Origin: Deinococcales bacterium
GTDB taxonomy: Bacteria > Deinococcota > Deinococci > Deinococcales > JAAFIG01
Direction: 5' to 3'
Length of the DNA: 64,000 nt
Assembly: GCA_013298595.1 (NCBI GenBank)
Contig: JAAFIG010000022.1
Location: 7,192 to 71,191, forward strand
Under the pieces are notes generated by a model. That model ran no database searches. It was not told where the DNA came from and worked only from the letters and a program-made list of their open reading frames with translations. Below are positions 63,444 through 64,000 of this stretch, piece after piece (position 1 is the stretch's first letter; each line of letters begins with the position of its first letter). A program made the translations under genes and the position numbers.

Positions 63444-64000
63444 TTATGGATTGATCGTTCCTGGAGTTAATGTTGTTACTAATGTCCAATCAGTATTTGC
63501 ATTATTGGTATCCAAACCGACAGATGAACGAGCTAATGCACTATTTCCTACTCCTGAATCTAAAGCTACTAGAGCTGTACCCTCAACCAAGTTTACAGTG
63601 CCCAAAAAACCTGTGATTACTGCGGCTGTCACACTACCTTCATAACTGAGCGCATCTAATACTGTAAGTGCAACTGTATCAATCAGGGCAATTCCATCTG
63701 GAGCACCGTTTTGAATTCGGTCGGTTTGCACGGCTCCTGCAAATCGGATAACCCCAGCCGAAACGGGAACAGTTACATTAGTAGAAGCTACGACGAGATA
63801 ACCACCTGCTGGAATGCTTGAAACACTTCCTAAGCTGACTCTCAAGTATTCCGCATTGCCGTTACCATTAATAAAAACAAGTGCCAAATTTGCAGTTGAA
63901 ATAGCAGAACTTGTAGGATTAAAAATCTCAACGTATTCAGTCGAATCTGGATTAACACTTTGGTCATAATCAACTTCGTTAATAACTAAGCCACTCGCTG
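63444..64000 (-). CDS. Lamin-tail-domain (LTD) containing protein, partial (5' end beyond the window)
   Basis: The minus frame stays open to base 64000 and reads ...ASGLVINEVDYDQSVNPDSTEYVEIFNPTSSAISTANLALVFINGNGNAEY...IQNGAPDGIALID. INE.DYD..EYVEI.N plus GAPDGIAL is the LTD pattern. Confidence 0.65.
   Translation of the reverse strand, partial: ASGLVINEVDYDQSVNPDSTEYVEIFNPTSSAISTANLALVFINGNGNAEYLRVSLGSVSSIPAGGYLVVASTNVTVPVSAGVIRFAGAVQTDRIQNGAPDGIALIDTVALTVLDALSYEGSVTAAVITGFLGTVNLVEGTALVALDSGVGNSALARSSVGLDTNNANTDWTLVTTLTPGTINP

Larger units (their letters stand above)
1..64000. repeat. Dispersed hyper-abundant palindromic hexamer CTCGAG (HIP-like highly iterated palindrome)
   Basis: Hand count line by line gave about 404 copies (20 in the first 3 kb). 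About 16 are expected for any hexamer in 64 kb at equal base use. Copies occur in coding DNA of both strands in all three phases and in non-coding DNA. Confidence 0.9.

Noticed and set aside
1-64000. A scan for rRNA or tRNA genes, IS elements, transposases, integrases, prophage genes and cas genes.
   Set aside because: I recognised none by eye in any ORF or intergenic region. Small ncRNAs cannot be excluded without covariance-model searches.

Overview
This is a 64-kb chromosomal segment, densely coding on both strands, with about 65 genes. The gene repertoire looks like a free-living Chloroflexota-type bacterium. My guess is a Herpetosiphon-like filamentous organism, but that cannot be verified without a database search.

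Content:
- DNA and RNA housekeeping genes: recR, ruvB, holA, a DnaQ-like exonuclease, an AlkD-like repair protein, rtcB, and a YlmH-like S4 protein.
- Regulators: two orphan NarL-type response regulators, one SARP/BTAD-TPR regulator, and LysR, AraC, ROK and XRE regulators.
- Three ABC systems: NitT/TauT-type, xylose-type with two binding proteins, and FecCD iron-siderophore type.
- Metabolism and other: metY-metF behind a terminator-containing leader, phytoene synthase, VanW, a Ser/Thr kinase, secreted S41 peptidases and an alpha/beta hydrolase, a PHM/DBH-like copper monooxygenase with a CxxCH motif, a vanadium-haloperoxidase-like PAP2 protein, a 1536-aa 8xGAF-GGDEF protein, a C5 DNA methyltransferase, and a THUMP RNA methylase.
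- I saw no rRNA, tRNA, CRISPR array, transposase, integrase or phage genes.

The strongest signal is not a gene. The palindromic hexamer CTCGAG occurs about 400 times by my hand count, roughly one per 160 bp, against about 16 expected by chance. It occurs in all three codon phases, on both coding strands, and in intergenic hairpins, tandem repeats and leaders. This is a highly iterated palindrome comparable to cyanobacterial HIP1.

The window also holds the parts a methylation / very-short-patch-repair drive would need: an orphan C5 methyltransferase next to a truncated gene, and a Vsr-fold DUF559 endonuclease gene wedged antisense into an ABC operon. The link between these genes and CTCGAG is inference only.

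Secondary signals:
- A family of GTAGGGGCGA..CTTGT..TCGCCC REP-like hairpins.
- A perfect 21-bp inverted repeat.
- A duplicated ~100-nt leader in front of two secreted-protein genes.
- 23-bp tandem repeats in the ruvB divergent region.
- An MJ1316(DUF504)-RtcB fusion.
- An exonuclease-plus-unknown two-gene module.
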